Part shown: positions 1 to 17,115 of the stretch, piece by piece | How positions within the stretch are numbered: the stretch's first letter is position 1 | How the letters are laid out: each line of letters begins with the position of its first letter | NCBI RefSeq assembly: GCF_009914755.1 | Contig: NC_060925.1 | Length of the DNA: 64,000 bases | Direction: 5' to 3' (one strand) | Origin: the human T2T-CHM13v2.0 reference genome, Homo sapiens | Notes under the pieces: generated by a model | Database searches by the model: none | What the model was told of the DNA's origin: nothing | The model's input: the letters and a program-made list of their open reading frames with translations, nothing else | Program-made: the position numbers and the translations under genes

Positions 1-1427
<1,427 letters not shown>

Positions 1428-1465
1428 ACAATGAGAACACATGGACACAGGAAGGGGAACATCAC

Positions 1466-1894
1466 TTTCATGTGCGTCCGTGTGAAAAGACCACCAAACA
1501 GGCTTTGTGTGAGCAACATGGCTATTTATTTCACCTGGGTGCAGGTGGGCTGAGTCTGAAAAGAGTCAGCAAAGGGAGATAGGGGTGGGGCTGTTTTATA
1601 GGATTAGGGAAGGTAATGGAAAATTACAGTCAAAGGGGGTTGTTCTCTGGTGGGCAGGGGCGGGGGTCACAAGATGCTCAGTGGGGGAGCTTCTGAGCCA
1701 GAAGGAAATTCACAGGGTTAATCACTCAGTTAAGGTGGGGCAGGAACAAATCACAATGGTGGAATGTCATCAGTTAAGGTGGGGCAGGGCCTTTTCACTT
1801 CTTTTGTGATTCTTCAGTTACTTCAGGCCATCTGGGCGTATATGTACAAGTCACAGGGGATGTGATGGCTTGGCTTGGGCTCAGAGGCCTGACA
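1466..1894 (-). mobile_element. Solo HERV-H LTR (LTR7B/LTR7Y-like) inserted in the L1 3'UTR
   Basis: The reverse complement runs from TGTCAGGCCTCTGAGCCCAAGCCAAGCC to ...CACACGGACGCACATGAAA, a complete LTR7. Perfect 5-bp TSD ATCAC at 1461-1465 and 1895-1899. Removing the LTR restores the L1 sequence GGGGAACATCACACTCTGGGG. Confidence 0.95.
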
Positions 1895-2447
1895 ATCACA
1901 CTCTGGGGTCTGGTGGGGGGACAGGGGAGAGATAGCATTAGGAGATATACCTAATGCTAAATGACGAGTTGATGGGTGCAGCACACCAGCATGGCACATG
2001 TATACATATGTAACTAACCTGCACATTGTGCACATGTACCCTAAAACTTAAAGTATAATAATAATAATAAAAGAAAACCCTGCTCTTAGAGGGTTCATCA
2101 TCTAGAAGTGAGAGGAAGATGTGAAAACAAAATTTTGTCATATGCTGTGGTCAAGTGTTTAAATGGAAGTATTAATAGGAATCTAAAGGAAATACATATG
2201 ACTAAAATAAAAGAAAGTGAATTCAGCCCTGGGAGTAACAGAGACGTGCAAACAAGATGAGAGGCATTGTCTTGGAGCATAAACAATGTGGTCCTGGTTA
2301 GATACTGTACTTAAAATAATATTGTAAATATTGCAGATTTATGGGTTAAAGACTTTGCTGTTGTGGGCTAAGAATCTAACCAGTTCCAGACGACCAACTT
2401 TTAAACAGACTTTTGGAGTAGAGTTTCTAAATGTTCTTAAAGGTTCC

Positions 2448-2981
<534 letters not shown>

Positions 2982-4246
2982 AAAATGGATTAAAGACTTA
3001 AAAGTAAGACCTGAAACTGTAAGACTACTAAAAGAAAACATAGCGGAAAAACTTCATGACATTTGTCCAGGCAATGATGTCTTGGACAGGATTCCAAAAG
3101 CTTAGGCAACAAAAGCAAAAATAGAGAAATGGGATTGCATCAAACTAAAAAGCTTCTGCACAGCAAGGGAAACAATTTACAGAGTGAAGAGACAACCCAT
3201 GAATTGGGAGAAAATATTTGCAAACCACACATCTGATAAGCGGCTAATATCCAAAATATATAAGAAATTCAAACAACTCCATAGTAAGAAAACAAATAAC
3301 CTGATTTTAAAATGGGCAAAGGATAAGAACAGACACTTCTCAAAAGAAGACGTATGAATGGCCAACAGACATATGAAAAATACCAACATCTCTAATCATC
3401 ACAAAAATGCAAATTAAAACTACAATGAGATATCATCTTACAGCTATTAGAATGGCAATTATGAAAAAGATGAATGACAACAAGTTTTGGAGAGAATATG
3501 GAGAAAAGAGAACCCTTGCACACTATTGGTGGGAATATAAATTAGTACAGCAACTTGGGGAAATGGTATGGAGGTTCCTTAAAAAACTAAAAATAGAATT
3601 ACCATATGATCCAGCAATCCAACTTCTGAGTATATGTCCAAAGAAATTGAAATCAGTATGTTGAAGAGATGTCTGCACTTTCATGTTTATTTCAGCATTA
3701 TTCAGGATAGCCAAGCTAGGGCAGCAACTTAAGGGTCCATAAACAGATAAATGGATAAAGAATATGTGGTGTATATATATACCCAATGGAATACTACACA
3801 GCCTTTAAAAAGAAGAAAATTGTGTCATTCATGACTACATGAATGGACCTGGAGGACATTATACTAAATGAAATAAGCCAGGCAAAGAAGAAAAATACTG
3901 TATGATTTCACCTATAGGTGGAATCTTAAAAAGTTGATCTAATAAAAGCAGAGAGTTTAAAAGGTTGTTACCAGAGGCTGTCGGAGGGTGGGAGGGATGG
4001 GGAAAGGAAAGATGTTGATCAAATGGTACAAAGTTTCAGTTAGAAAGAGGAATAAATTTTAGTAATCTATTGTACTGCATGGTGATCACAGTTAATAAAT
4101 GTATCATATATTTCAAAATTGCAAAAAATAATAGATTTCTAATGTCCTCAGCACAAAAAGAAATAAGTTGATAAGGCGATGGATATGTTAATTAGCTTGA
4201 TTGGATCTCTCTATAATGTATACATAGATCAAAACATCACACTGTA

Positions 4247-4380
4247 GCCAGGCATGGTGGTGCCCACTGTAATCCCAGCTACTCAGGAGGCTAAGATGAG
4301 AGGATCGTTTGAGCCCAGGAGTTCACTACCAGCCTGGGCAACATAGTGAAAGCTTGATACTCAGTCTCCAAAAAAATAAA
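4247..4380 (+). mobile_element. Alu monomer (FLAM-like)
   Basis: GCCAGGCATGGTGG...AGCCTGGGCAACATAGTGA plus A-tail. Flanked by ATCACACTGTA / ATCACATTGTA. Confidence 0.85.
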
Positions 4381-4474
4381 AATCACATTGTAACCCAATA
4401 AATACACAAAATTATTTTTCAATTAAAAACAATTTAAAATGTTTTAAAATTTTAATAAGGAACTTCAATTTAAA

Positions 4475-4840
4475 AATAAGGAAATTTTGACACATGTTAT
4501 AACATCAATAAACTTTGGGGGCATTATGCTAAGTTATGTAAGCCAGTCACAAAAGTACAAATACTGTATAATTCCACTCATAGGCAGTACCCACAGCAGT
4601 CAAATTCAGAGAAACAGAAAGTAGAGTGGTGGTTACCAGGGGCTGGAGGGGAAGGAGGAATGGAGAATTGTTTAATGAGCATAAAGTTTCAGTTAGCAAA
4701 GATGAAAAAATTTTGGAAAGGGATGGTGGTGATAGTTCCATAACAATGTGAATGTACTTAATGCCACTAAACTGTACACTTAGAAATGGTCAAAATGATA
4801 AATTTTATGTTATGTATATTTTATCACAATTTTTCAAAAA
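4475..4840 (+). mobile_element. L1MB-like 3' end
   Basis: CCAGTCACAAAAG..AAATACTGTAT, GATGGTGGTGAT..ACAATGTGAATGTACTTAATGCCACT..AATTTTATGTTATGTATATTTT. Confidence 0.85.
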
Positions 4841-4989
4841 ATCACCTTGGAAAGAAAAGCCCTTCCAAGTCAGGGAAGAGAAGATGAGGAACCGGGGTGT
4901 AGATATGGCAGGATGTTTTGGAGCAAAAAGAAGCAGCCACGCTAGAAAACTTGCTCTTCCAGGCTGAACCATAAAATAATGCATTTTAA

Positions 4990-5857
4990 TGTGTTTGAGA
5001 GGCATATTTGAGCAACCAGTTGGGAGACCTAGGTTAAGTGGGTTCTTTACCTTACAGTCATGTGACTGAACAGATGTTGACGTGGAGGGCATTTTATGGA
5101 TCTATGTTTATGGATCTATGTTTAATGATGATGCCTATAAGACATTAAATGCAAATTTCTTGATAGTAAAATAACTGGTTAAGGAAATTTCAACAAGATA
5201 ATATGAGTTCCAGGGAAAACCATGGTATCAATTGGAGAAAGTGAGCAGATGGAGCTAGAATTCTGACAGGCACAACTGCAGGAGTGGCAGTAGCTGGCCT
5301 TGGGCACACATTGGATACAGCTGGAATCATTGCCTCTCTTACCCTAGAATGCTTCACCTGAAAGTGTCTGCCTCCTGATTTTGTTAGTGTTTTCAATAGG
5401 GAACTAAAGTGGGTAAATTTTGTAATAAGATGTGTTTTGAATTGCTATCCTATGCAAAGTGCCTTGAAAAGCTGGTTCTGTCTCACTAATATACACTGGT
5501 TTTGCAAGGAGAGATGTTAGCCAGTGGTTTTGAGACATCAAAACTAAGTGTAAAAACATCAATGAGCTGAATAAATTTATTGTTCACCTTAATGATGAAG
5601 TGACTCACAAAACCAGCTTATTTAGCAAGTTTCTTCTTTCAAGGTTGAATACACTCAATCAAAATCTGTAAAACAGTTGAGGTATATTATTAATAACCAC
5701 ACCAAGGCCTGATATTAATTATGGTGATGCCCAAGAGTTCAGTCAAACTGACACTTCAATTTGCTGACATTGCCTTCAGACAAAATAATCAAAGTGCCCC
5801 AATATCTGCAAAAAGCTTGATTTTGTTGTTGTTCTTCTTCTTCCATTGTCTTAGTAC
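4990..5857 (+). pseudogene. hAT-Charlie (Buster-type) transposase fossil, catalytic-core part
   Basis: Manual translation with stops and frameshifts gives motifs in Charlie/ZBED5-type order: SGFFTLQSCD*TDV (~5037), NHGINWRK*ADGARILTG (5218-5271), WNHC (5322), LPPDFVSVFNRELKWVNFV (5368), GEMLASGFE, AYLASFF..RLNTLNQNL (5616-5668). Confidence 0.78.
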
Positions 5858-6746
5858 ATAAGACTGGACTTCTGCTTCCAGAAAGATACAGTAGGTATGC
5901 TTTACACTAGTCTTCCTGCTAAGTATAGCTACAAACCCTGAAAATTACTTATAAAACAAACATAAGACTCTGAAAGGTGGTGAGAAGAAGACAAACTGGC
6001 TGGGGACTTCAGGACCCAAGGAATGACTCAGCAGGGAGCTCTTTGAATTTTCTCTTTGCCTCATATGTCCCACTGGGCGCTGGAGAAGCCAACAACCTGG
6101 AAATGTCAATGAATGTAGACAGAAAAAAAAAAAAATCTCTAAGTCAAAGCCCACACCCTCTAGACAAAGGAGCAGCTTAGCAAAATAGAAAACTCTAGAA
6201 AATAACTTCTCTCTCTTCCAGTCACATATCACAGAAAAACTGTGGTCCCACTCCCACCCCTACCAGCAAAGACTGAGTGGGGAGCCTAGACTTCCATTTT
6301 CACCAGACTACAATGAGATGTCCTATCCCCCACTAGTGTGGTGTCAGAAAAGGCCAAGTAGAGATCTGGGACTTCTATCTCTGCCAACTGTTAATAAGAC
6401 TTCTCTGTGTGGTGTCAGTAGAGATAACATGGGGAGCCTGGACGTCCACCCCTGCCCAGTGGTATCAAGGTGCTCCTCCCACTTCCCACTTAAGTGGTAT
6501 CAGAGGAGGCCTAGTGGAGAGCCAGGATTTTCACCACCACCCAGTTAATGAGGCCACTCCACTACCATTACCCTTGTTATGTTAGTGGAGGCCATCTGGA
6601 AACAAAGTATTTCTCCCTCTTCCCGCCCAGATGGTATCAGTAGAGGCCTAATGTAGAACCTGAACTCCTACTCCAACAGAGCAGTAACAAGCAGTTCTTG
6701 CCCCACTACAATGTCAGTTACGGCTGAATAAGGAAACTAGACTTTC

Positions 6747-7532
<786 letters not shown>

Positions 7533-8341
7533 TCAGTCTAAAATCACTCACCATACCAAGAACCAGGGAAATTTCAACTTGAATGAGAAAAAAACATCAA
7601 CAGATGCCAGCACTGAGTTGACATTAGATGTTAGAATTATCTGACAAGGATTTTAAAGCAACCATCATAAAAATGCTTTGTCAAACAATTATGAACACAT
7701 TTGAAACAAATTCTGCCAAAAAATTGACAAAATAGAAGATGTGAAGAAGAACTAAATGGAAATTTTAAAACTAAAAAATATGATAACCAAAAATTTAAAA
7801 CTCAAAGGACTATATCAATAGAACAAAGGAGAACACAGATAAAAGAGCCAGTGAACTTGCTGAACAATAGAAAATACTAGATCTAAACACCAGAGAGAAA
7901 ATTGACTGGAAAAAAAATGAACAGGATCTCAGGAGAGTGTGGAATTTTAATAAGAGATCTAACATTCATGCCATCAGAGTCATAGAAAGAGAGGAAAAAG
8001 AGAATGGGCTGAAAAAGTATTCAAACAAGTAATGGCTGAAAATATCTTGAATTTTGCAAAAGACACAAAATTATGAATTTAAGAAACCCAGTGAATCCCA
8101 AATGGGATAAACCCAAAGAAACCCACACCAAAACAAATTATAGTCAAAATTTCATAAAGTAAAGGCAAAGAAAATACTTTAAGCAGAGAGATACCTTACC
8201 TGCAGGAGTAAAACAATTCAAATGATAGTGATTTCTCATCAGAAACCATGAATGCCAGAAGAAAGTGGCACAATATTTTTCAAGTGCTGAAAGAAAACAG
8301 CTGTCAAACAAGAAATCTATATCCACCAAAAACATTCATCA

Positions 8342-8668
<327 letters not shown>

Positions 8669-9174
8669 TCAGATTTTAAAAACTAAGACAAATTGTAGCC
8701 AATCGACAGCCAATTGGCCTACCCTAAAAGAATTGTTAAATGAACTTAAACTTGAAGATAGAATAATAAGGAAATGTAGAAAGGAAATTGTGCAATAAGG
8801 AATCTTGGGATATCAGGAAAGCAGAAAGAACAATGAAAAGAATAAAAATATGGGCAAACCAAATAGACTTTCTTTCTCCTCTTGAGTTTTCTAAATTATG
8901 TTTGGTGTTGAAGGAAGAATTATAACCCTCTCTGATGTGGTTCTCACTGTATGTACAGGAAATATTTAAGACAATTATATTACAAATTATAAACTGTGGA
9001 AGATAAAGGAATATGAAGGGAGATAAGGTTTCTTACTGCTCAAATTGACAAATGTTGGTACCAATAGATTGTGATGTTATGTATGTATAATGTAATACCT
9101 AGAACAACCACTTTTTAAAAAACCTACACAAGGAGATATACTCAAAATACTACAATAATTCAAAATGAATTATT

Positions 9175-9466
<292 letters not shown>

Positions 9467-10453
9467 TTATTAAAAATGTTCAAGTAAACTACAGAAAGGT
9501 AAGAAAAAGAAAACAAAACGAAAAGAACACAAAACTAAAATGGCAGACTTAAGCCCTAACATATTAATAATTACATTAAATGTAAGTGATCTAAATACAC
9601 CAAGTAAGAGAAGGAGATTGGCAAAATGGATGGAGACTGGCAAAATGCATTTTTTTTAGTGACCCAACTATGTAATGTCTATGAGGAACTCACTTCAACA
9701 ATAACAATATAGGCAAGTTGAAAGTGAAAAGATGGAAAAAGAGATATCATGCAAACATTAATCAAAGGAAAGGAATGGCTACACAAATATCAGATAAAAC
9801 ACAATCAGAGCAAAGAAAATTACCAAAAATGGGAATAGAAATGATATAATGATAAAAGGATCAACCCACCAAGAAGACATAGCAATTCTGAACATATATG
9901 CACCAAACAAAAAAACTGCAAAATATGTGATGCAATATATAAAAGGAATCATATATCACAATCAAATGGAATTTATTTCAGGATGTAGGACTGATTCAAT
10001 ATTTGCAAATCAATCAACGTAATTCACCATATTAACAGGCTAAATAAATAAATACAATATTATTTTCAACAAATGATGTTGGAGTAATAGGATATTCATA
10101 GGCTTAAAAAAGGAAACTTGACCTAAACCTTACGTAAAAAAATTGACTCAAATACATCCTAGACTTAAATGTAAAACATAAAACTATAAACACTTTTAGA
10201 AGAAAACATGAGAAAATCTTCTGGACCTAGGGCTTGATGAAGAACTCATCAAGTTTAATATAACACCAAAAGCACAATCTATACAGGAAAAAAGTAATAA
10301 ATTGAACTTTATCAAAAATATGAAATTTTCTCTGAAAATGACCATATTTACAGGATAAAAAGGCAAGCTACAGACTGAGAGAAACTATTTTCAAACTACC
10401 TGATAAAGGACTAGTATCCAGGATATATTTTAAAACTCTCAAAACTCAACAGT

Positions 10454-11594
10454 GTATCACCTCATACTCATTAGGATAGCTACTATTTAAACAAACCAAA
10501 CAACCAACAGACAAACAAACAAACAAAAAACAGAAAATAAGTGTTGTCAAGGACGTAGAGAAATTGGAGCCCTTATATATTATTAGTGGTGATGTAATGT
10601 GGTGCAGCCTCTATGGAAAACAGTATGGAGCAAACATACATAGCATCAAAAAAATAAAAATAGAATTACCAGATGATGCAGAAATTCTACTTCTGGGTAT
10701 ATATCCCAAAAAAAACTGAAAGCAGAATCTTGAACAAATATTTGTAAACCCATGCATGTTATGGCAACATTATTCAAAATAGCCAAGAGGTGGAAGGAAC
10801 CCACGTGTTCATCAACGGATGAATGGATAAAACATATTATACACACTCAGTATGTATAATACACACACAGTGGAATATTCTTCAGCCTTAAAAAAGAAGG
10901 AAATTCTGACACATACCACATAACACAACATGGATGAACCTTAAGGACATTATGCTAAGTGAAATAATCCAGTCACAAAAAGAAAAATACTGTATGATTC
11001 TACTTATATGAAGTATCTAGAGTAGTCAAATTCATAGAAACAAATAGTAGAGTGGTGGTTATCAGGGACAAGGGTAGGGAAAAATGGGTAATGGTTGTTT
11101 AATGCAGCAGTCCCCAACATTCTTGGCACCAGGGACCAGTTTCATGTAAGACAATTTTTCCAAGGACCTGGGCAGGGGCATGGTTTTGCCATGAAACTGT
11201 TGCACCTCAGATCATCAGGCATTAGATTCTCATAATTTAAGGAGCACATAACCTATATCCCTCACGTGCACAGTTTGCAATAAGGTTCACACTCCTATGA
11301 GAATCTAATGCTGCCCCTGATCTGACAGGAGGCAGAACTCTGGCGGTAATCCTTGCTCACCCGCTGCTCACCTCCTGCTGTGCAGCCCCAGTTCTTACAG
11401 ACTGGTACTGGTCCATGGCCTAGGGGTTGGGAACCCCTGGCTTGATGGGTATGGAGTTTCCGTTTTGCAAGATAAAAAAATTCTGGAGATTGGTTGCACA
11501 ACAATGTGAATATACTTAACACTAATGAATTATACATTTAAAACTGATTAAGATGGTAAATTTTATGTAATGTGTCATTTACCATAATGTTTAA
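10454..11594 (+). mobile_element. 5'-truncated L1MB-like element nested in the L1MC/MD
   Basis: ORF2 end and L1MB-type 3'UTR. 13-bp TSD AAAACTCAACAGT at 10441-10453 and 11595-11607. Confidence 0.85.
11105..11439 (-). mobile_element. MER1B (hAT-Charlie MITE)
   Basis: TIRs CAGCAGTCCCCAAC / GTTGGGAACCCCTG and internal CATTAGATTCTCATA / TATGAGAATCTAATG inverted pair. 8-bp TSD GTTTAATG / GCTTGATG. Confidence 0.9.
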
Positions 11595-12591
11595 AAAACT
11601 CAACAGTATAACAAACAAGCCAAGCAGAAAATAGATTTAAAAAAAAATATGAGGAGACATTTCACCCAAGAGACCATAAGGTAACAAATAAGCACATGAA
11701 ACTTCAACATCACAAGCCATTGGGGAATGCAAATTAAACCAGAAGGAAATATCACTACACATCTAATAGGACAGTTAAAATTAAAAGAGTGACAATGCCA
11801 AATGCTGAAGATGCAGATAAATCTGACTTGTCATACATTGCTGATGGGGATGTAAGATGGTACAGTACTCTGGAAAATGGTTTGGAAGATTCTTTAAAAA
11901 CTAAACGTACATTTAAACCATACAATTCAGCATTCATACTACTGGGCATTTATCCCAGAGAAATGAAGCATATTCACACAAAAACATGTACACAATTGTT
12001 CATAGTCAAAAATCAGAAACAACTGAAATGTTCTACAATCAGTGAATGGTCAAGTTAGTACATTCATACCTTGAAATCCCATGCAGCAATAAAAAGGAAC
12101 TAAATATTAATACACAGTACAACTTGGATGGATCTCAAGGACACTATCTGAATGAAAAAAGACGCTAATCTCAAAAGTCTCAGAATGGATGATTCCACTT
12201 GTATGGTATTCTTGCAAAAACAAAATTATAAAGACAGAGAATGGATCAGTGGTTGCCAGAGGTTAGGAAGGGTCATGGGCTGGGTTCAGGGGAGTAATCA
12301 TAAAGGAGTAGCATGAAGGAGACTTTTGTAGTGATGGAATAGTTATGTATCTTGATGGTGGTGGTGGTTACACAGAGCTATATTTGTGATAAAGTAAATA
12401 CATAAAACTGTATATATTAATAGATCGATGGCTATATCCTGGTTTTGATATTATACCATAGTTACATAAGATGCAACCAATGGGAGAAACTGGGTGAAGG
12501 GTCCTCTAGACCTCTCTCTTTTATCTTTGCAACATCCTGCAAATCTATATTTCAATATTTTAAAAGGTTTTTGGAAAAATAAATAAGACTG

Positions 12592-12960
12592 ATAGTGTAT
12601 CTGAGACCTTTTCAGACTGCTGTATATGTCTAGTGAATTGGCCTCTTCACAAGATACACTTGCAGATGTTTCCTTGTAATGGTAACCTGAAAATCTTGCC
12701 CATGCCACCTCTTTGGCAAAATTCTGGGCATCTTTCCTTGGAGCTTATGCTGACATAGCTCATAAAGCAATAAAAAAAACATAAACTGTTGTCATTTCTG
12801 CCCCTGTATCTATGCAAGCCTGAGTGCACATTGTGAGACCAAGGCAGAGAAAATAAATTGCCTCAATCTTGAAATTGATGGGCAGTGTCGATTCAATATA
12901 TGTGTTATCTATTGGCAACAAAGTAACCCATACCACTAATACAATTGTGGTCTGCTACTT
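12592..12960 (+). pseudogene. hAT-Charlie transposase fossil, C-terminal dimerisation-domain part
   Basis: QDTLADVS..CNGNLK, then SLAKFWASFLGAYADIAHKAIK (12710-12775) and LLSFLPLYLCK. This resembles the hAT C-terminal pattern FW....YP.LA..A...LLPF.TTYLCE. Confidence 0.75.
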
Positions 12961-13084
12961 ACATTTCTAATTGAAGGAAATGCTAAATTTCTGCTCCAGG
13001 TTACTTAAAACAGATTTGTATCTTTTTCCCAGCCAAGTTCACAAGATCTCTGAATTCTTACCTGAGGTTAAGAACGCTAGCGCT

Positions 13085-13200
13085 GAGGACTGTTTTAGCT
13101 GCATCCCACAAGTTTTTGATGTGTTCCTATTTTCATTTTTGTTCAGTTCAAAATATTTTCTTATTTCCGTTGTGATTACCTCTTTGACCTGAGGGTTATT
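13085..13200 (-). mobile_element. Short old L1M fragment (endonuclease region)
   Basis: TTTAGCTGCATCCCACAAGTTTTTGA...TTCAGTTCAAAATATTTTCT is typical antisense L1M ORF2. Confidence 0.7.
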
Positions 13201-14289
13201 TTACCTGAGTATTGCTTTGCATTTCCTTCCAACCCACAATATATTCCTTGCAAATGTGTTTTAGAGGCAATGTTCCACTGAGCTTGGAGAAAATGGAAGC
13301 TCCCCTTAAAAAGGTGACTTGCAAGCAAGCTGAAAGGTTGTTGAAGCCATGGCTAGAGCAGCCAGGACGAAGTGTAAATTTTATTGCTTTAAGATTTATC
13401 ATTTTTCAAATGAGCAGTAACACAGGCTCCAGCTTCAAAGGCACAGTAGCTGCCTAGCAGGGAATCTGGGGCTTGGGGAAAGACTGTCAGGTTAGGAGAG
13501 GGTGCCCACAGCCAGTTAGCCATTTACACTGCTACCTACCTGGGCTTTGTTCTGCTTTCCTTCAATAAGTGAGGGGACCCTAGGGGATACCAAGGATCAG
13601 GCCTGGAAACTTCTAGCCAAGTAGGAGCTGTGACAAGTCCTAGTCGAACTTTCCGCCTTCAGCTAAAATCAAAAATACACATGGGGGAGGTGAGATGAAG
13701 AAGAATGGGGAATTAGACCGAGAAGATCAGTACTCACACCCAAACGGTCTACAAGAGTTTGGGCACAAACTGTCAACATACCAGGATAGGGAGAGTTTTG
13801 TCCTAAGTTTTGAAATTCAGGGTGTATTAATCAAGCTTCATTTGAGTTATGCAAGATAGATAAGTGTCGAAAACTAAAGAGATGGATTCAAAGGGGTTTA
13901 TTTCCATTGCTTAACCCACTGTGTAACCTGGAGTACACACTTAAACTTTCTGGCCCTTGATTTCCCTATGTGTACAGAGAGGAAGTTGAAATACAGTTCT
14001 CTGAGGATGCTTCTCATTCTAAAATGACAGTGATGCTGCAAACTGCTCACTAGGTTGTGCAGCCCCTCTGAACCTCAGTTTGCTAGCTATTCTAACATCA
14101 CTTGGCCTTGGAAAATTGCAGATTATCTAAAAAGGCAGGTTTCGCACAAATACTCAAATGTGAATGCCATGCCATCAAACACATAGACCCACACAACTGG
14201 GACACATAAATGCTAAGCTATTCACCTTCACACACACACAAAATTTGCACATGCCCTCAACTTCACACTGACAGTGCCCATGCACTCAT

Positions 14290-14311
14290 ACACACACACA
14301 CACACACACAC
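14290..14311 (+). repeat. (CA)n microsatellite
   Basis: Direct CA run of ~10 units. Confidence 0.9.
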
Positions 14312-14498
14312 CCCAACAGCCTATGTTCTATACATCCTTATCCAACTTCTCAAATGTGGCCCTTGAAATAAGACATGGATGACACAGTATATGATCAGTT
14401 TGTGGGTGGAAGAGCAAACGCATTTTGCAACAGACTCAAGATTTCAAGGTTCTGCTGGGTTGGATGGCCAAAAAGATGAACTCCAGTCGAGATGAGTA

Positions 14499-14592
14499 CA
14501 GAGTGGCCATATAATTTATTTACAAAATGGGTCACATTTAAGAATAAAAAGGACACAACTAAAAATGAAATGTCTGGAACTTGGTCACCCTA
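14499..14592. mobile_element. Small hAT MITE (MER96-like)
   Basis: Termini CAGAGTGGCCATA / TGGTCACCCTA. 8-bp TSD GATGAGTA / GATAGGTA (6/8). Confidence 0.6.
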
Positions 14593-14938
14593 GATAGGTA
14601 TAAAGCCTTGAATATGGGTTTAAAATATCAATTTCATGAGCATGGGGAAGCTGAGTGTAACAGCACCCACAACTGTGACATCCATTCAGGTACATGTTCT
14701 GGTTGAGAACATCAATTTTTATTTAAAAAATGTCTCATCTACTCTGCCAACTGTCAAAATATATGAATATTTGAGAAAATCTGCACAGCAGGTTTTTTCC
14801 AGAAAACACAACCTCAAACTCTCTGCTGCCCTTCTTTATCAAAAACTTTACTGAAAGAAATGATATTCATGATGGGCCGCCTGAAGGATGAATAATCCAT
14901 CCATTCTTTTACCTAGTCTAAATTCTCCTCTTGGATAA

Positions 14939-15290
<352 letters not shown>

Positions 15291-15729
15291 AAACCACTTT
15301 TTAAATTGTGCGTTGGTGCTAGGGCTTTGGGATTTTCTCTTTAGCTTGCATTGGGACATTATAAGAAACAGCTATATGATACCTGCTACTAGACTGAACA
15401 TGGAGGTATGGCCTGGAAGTGGTGCACCACAGTGTCTTACTGATGAAGACCAATGGGAGAAATTTTCAGATCTCAGTATCAGAATATGCTGGGATGATCC
15501 TAAACAATTGATTTATTTAAAAATGGATGAGTACCGTACATTTTTAAGATTTGGTTTCCCCTTTTTGCTTTGGATTCTGGGAAACTCAGAGCTAAATTTG
15601 CAGCCCACCTCTAGCAACTGTACTAGACCACATGGTCTCTGTATTTCTGAGTATCTCATGGTGTGTAAGTCAGTTTGCCCCAGGTGTCACAGGCATTATA
15701 GTAGATGCTCCATTATTCATTTCAGCCCC

Positions 15730-16410
15730 CATGATTAATCTAAGCCAGCCATGGGAAGTCCATTCCCCTTGTCCATAATTGGTTTGGGAGTGGAAAAGGG
15801 GCCCATTCCTGGCCAATAAGAATTAGTGAAGGAAAGTCTGCTTGGGGCATCTGGGAAGTTTCTTTTTCCTTCCTAAGAAAATGTGGTCTTTTTCCTTCCT
15901 TTAGGCATCATGATGCTGGCATATGATCCCTAAAAATGCTGACAGCCTGAGGATAAAGAAAAAAATGACAGAGCAGAGATAGAAGAAACCTGGGTTCCTG
16001 GGCCATCCCCCTGGAGTTGGTGTGCTTTAATGCACTAACGGGTTAATGGAGTAATGAGTTATCACGGGAGTTATTATGAATGGGTTGTCACAGAAGGGAT
16101 CTTGAGAATGGATCTGCTATAAAAGCCTGGTTAGCTCTTTTGTGAACCCCTTTGCTATATGATGCCCTGGGTCACCTTGGGACTCTGCCCACTAGCAAGA
16201 CCCTCACCAGATGCCACTGCCCAATCTTCGACTTTCCAGCTGCCAGAACCATAAACCAAAATAAACTTCTTTTGTTTATAAATTACCCAGTTTCAGGTAT
16301 TCAGTTATAGCAACAGAAAACAGACTAAGACATCCTGTTATGTAAGACAATAAAAGATAATAAATGAGCTAATTGTTTAACACTTATAGCTAGAACCAGC
16401 CTGACTGACA
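15730..16410 (+). mobile_element. MLT1J/K-like MaLR LTR with a nested MSTC-like LTR fragment (~16020-16331)
   Basis: MLT1-type TAATCTAAGCCAGCCATG..CATTCCTGGCCAATAAG. MST 3' end ATAAATTACCCAGTTTCAGGTATTC...CAGACTAAGACA at 16331. Confidence 0.7.
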
Positions 16411-16674
16411 CATGCTGGCTTTATTATTTTTCCACCTCTTTTTTTCTTTGAACTTCATCTCTCAAGCTAATGTTCTATCATTCTGAATTTTAAGTATTTT
16501 TACAGGTCACTAAAAATCTTACGTTGAATGAGACTAAAAGGAAAAGATATATACACAAACAGGCAGATTGATTAATAGCAGAAGACCTGGGTTTTCCGTG
16601 GATGTGAATCAATGCCCTGATCCAACTGCTGAAAGAGCTAGTATGGCCAACAGCTACCCAAATGAAGCTGTCAC

Positions 16675-17038
16675 TCATTTATTAAGTACCCACTGTTTGC
16701 CAGGCCTGTTCTGGGCACTGAGGCCACATCCATGAACAAAGTAGATAAATTATCTCCTTTAGAGATAGATAATAAACATATAACAATAAACAATATAATT
16801 TCAAATAATAAAAGATGCAAAGAAGATGAGCAGGGTAAAGGGAGAGAGAAAGATGGATTAATAGAGTTATTTTAGACGGGGTAGTCAAGGAAGTACCTTT
16901 TGAGGAAAAGATTTCTGAACTGAAACATGAAAGAAAAAAAGGAAAAAACTATGAGACTCCCTAGAGAAAGAAAATTCCATGTGATAGGAACAGCAAGTGC
17001 AAAGGCCCCTCAGTGGGAGGTAATTTGACACATTAGAA
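16675..17038 (-). mobile_element. L2 3' fragment (more L2 sequence at ~20960-21130)
   Basis: CATTTATTAAGTACCCACTGTTTGCCAGGCCTGTTCTGGGCACTG...GGAACAGCAAGTGCAAAGGCCC. Confidence 0.75.
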
Positions 17039-17115
17039 CAGTGTTTTTCAAATAATGGTCCAAAGCCCACTGGTGGTTTGCAAAATTGATGTAATGGGTC
17101 AAGATCAGCATTTTT

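Noticed and set aside
5093-5123. Tandem duplication of TTTATGGATCTATG
   Set aside because: Ordinary slippage duplication inside the transposase fossil.
11219-11311. Inverted repeat CATTAGATTCTCATA / TATGAGAATCTAATG as a novel hairpin RNA
   Set aside because: It is an intrinsic feature of MER1B.
13212-13457. Possible coding exon (81-aa ORF after a TTTTAG acceptor-like site)
   Set aside because: No recognisable homology, no convincing donor, and no partner exons.
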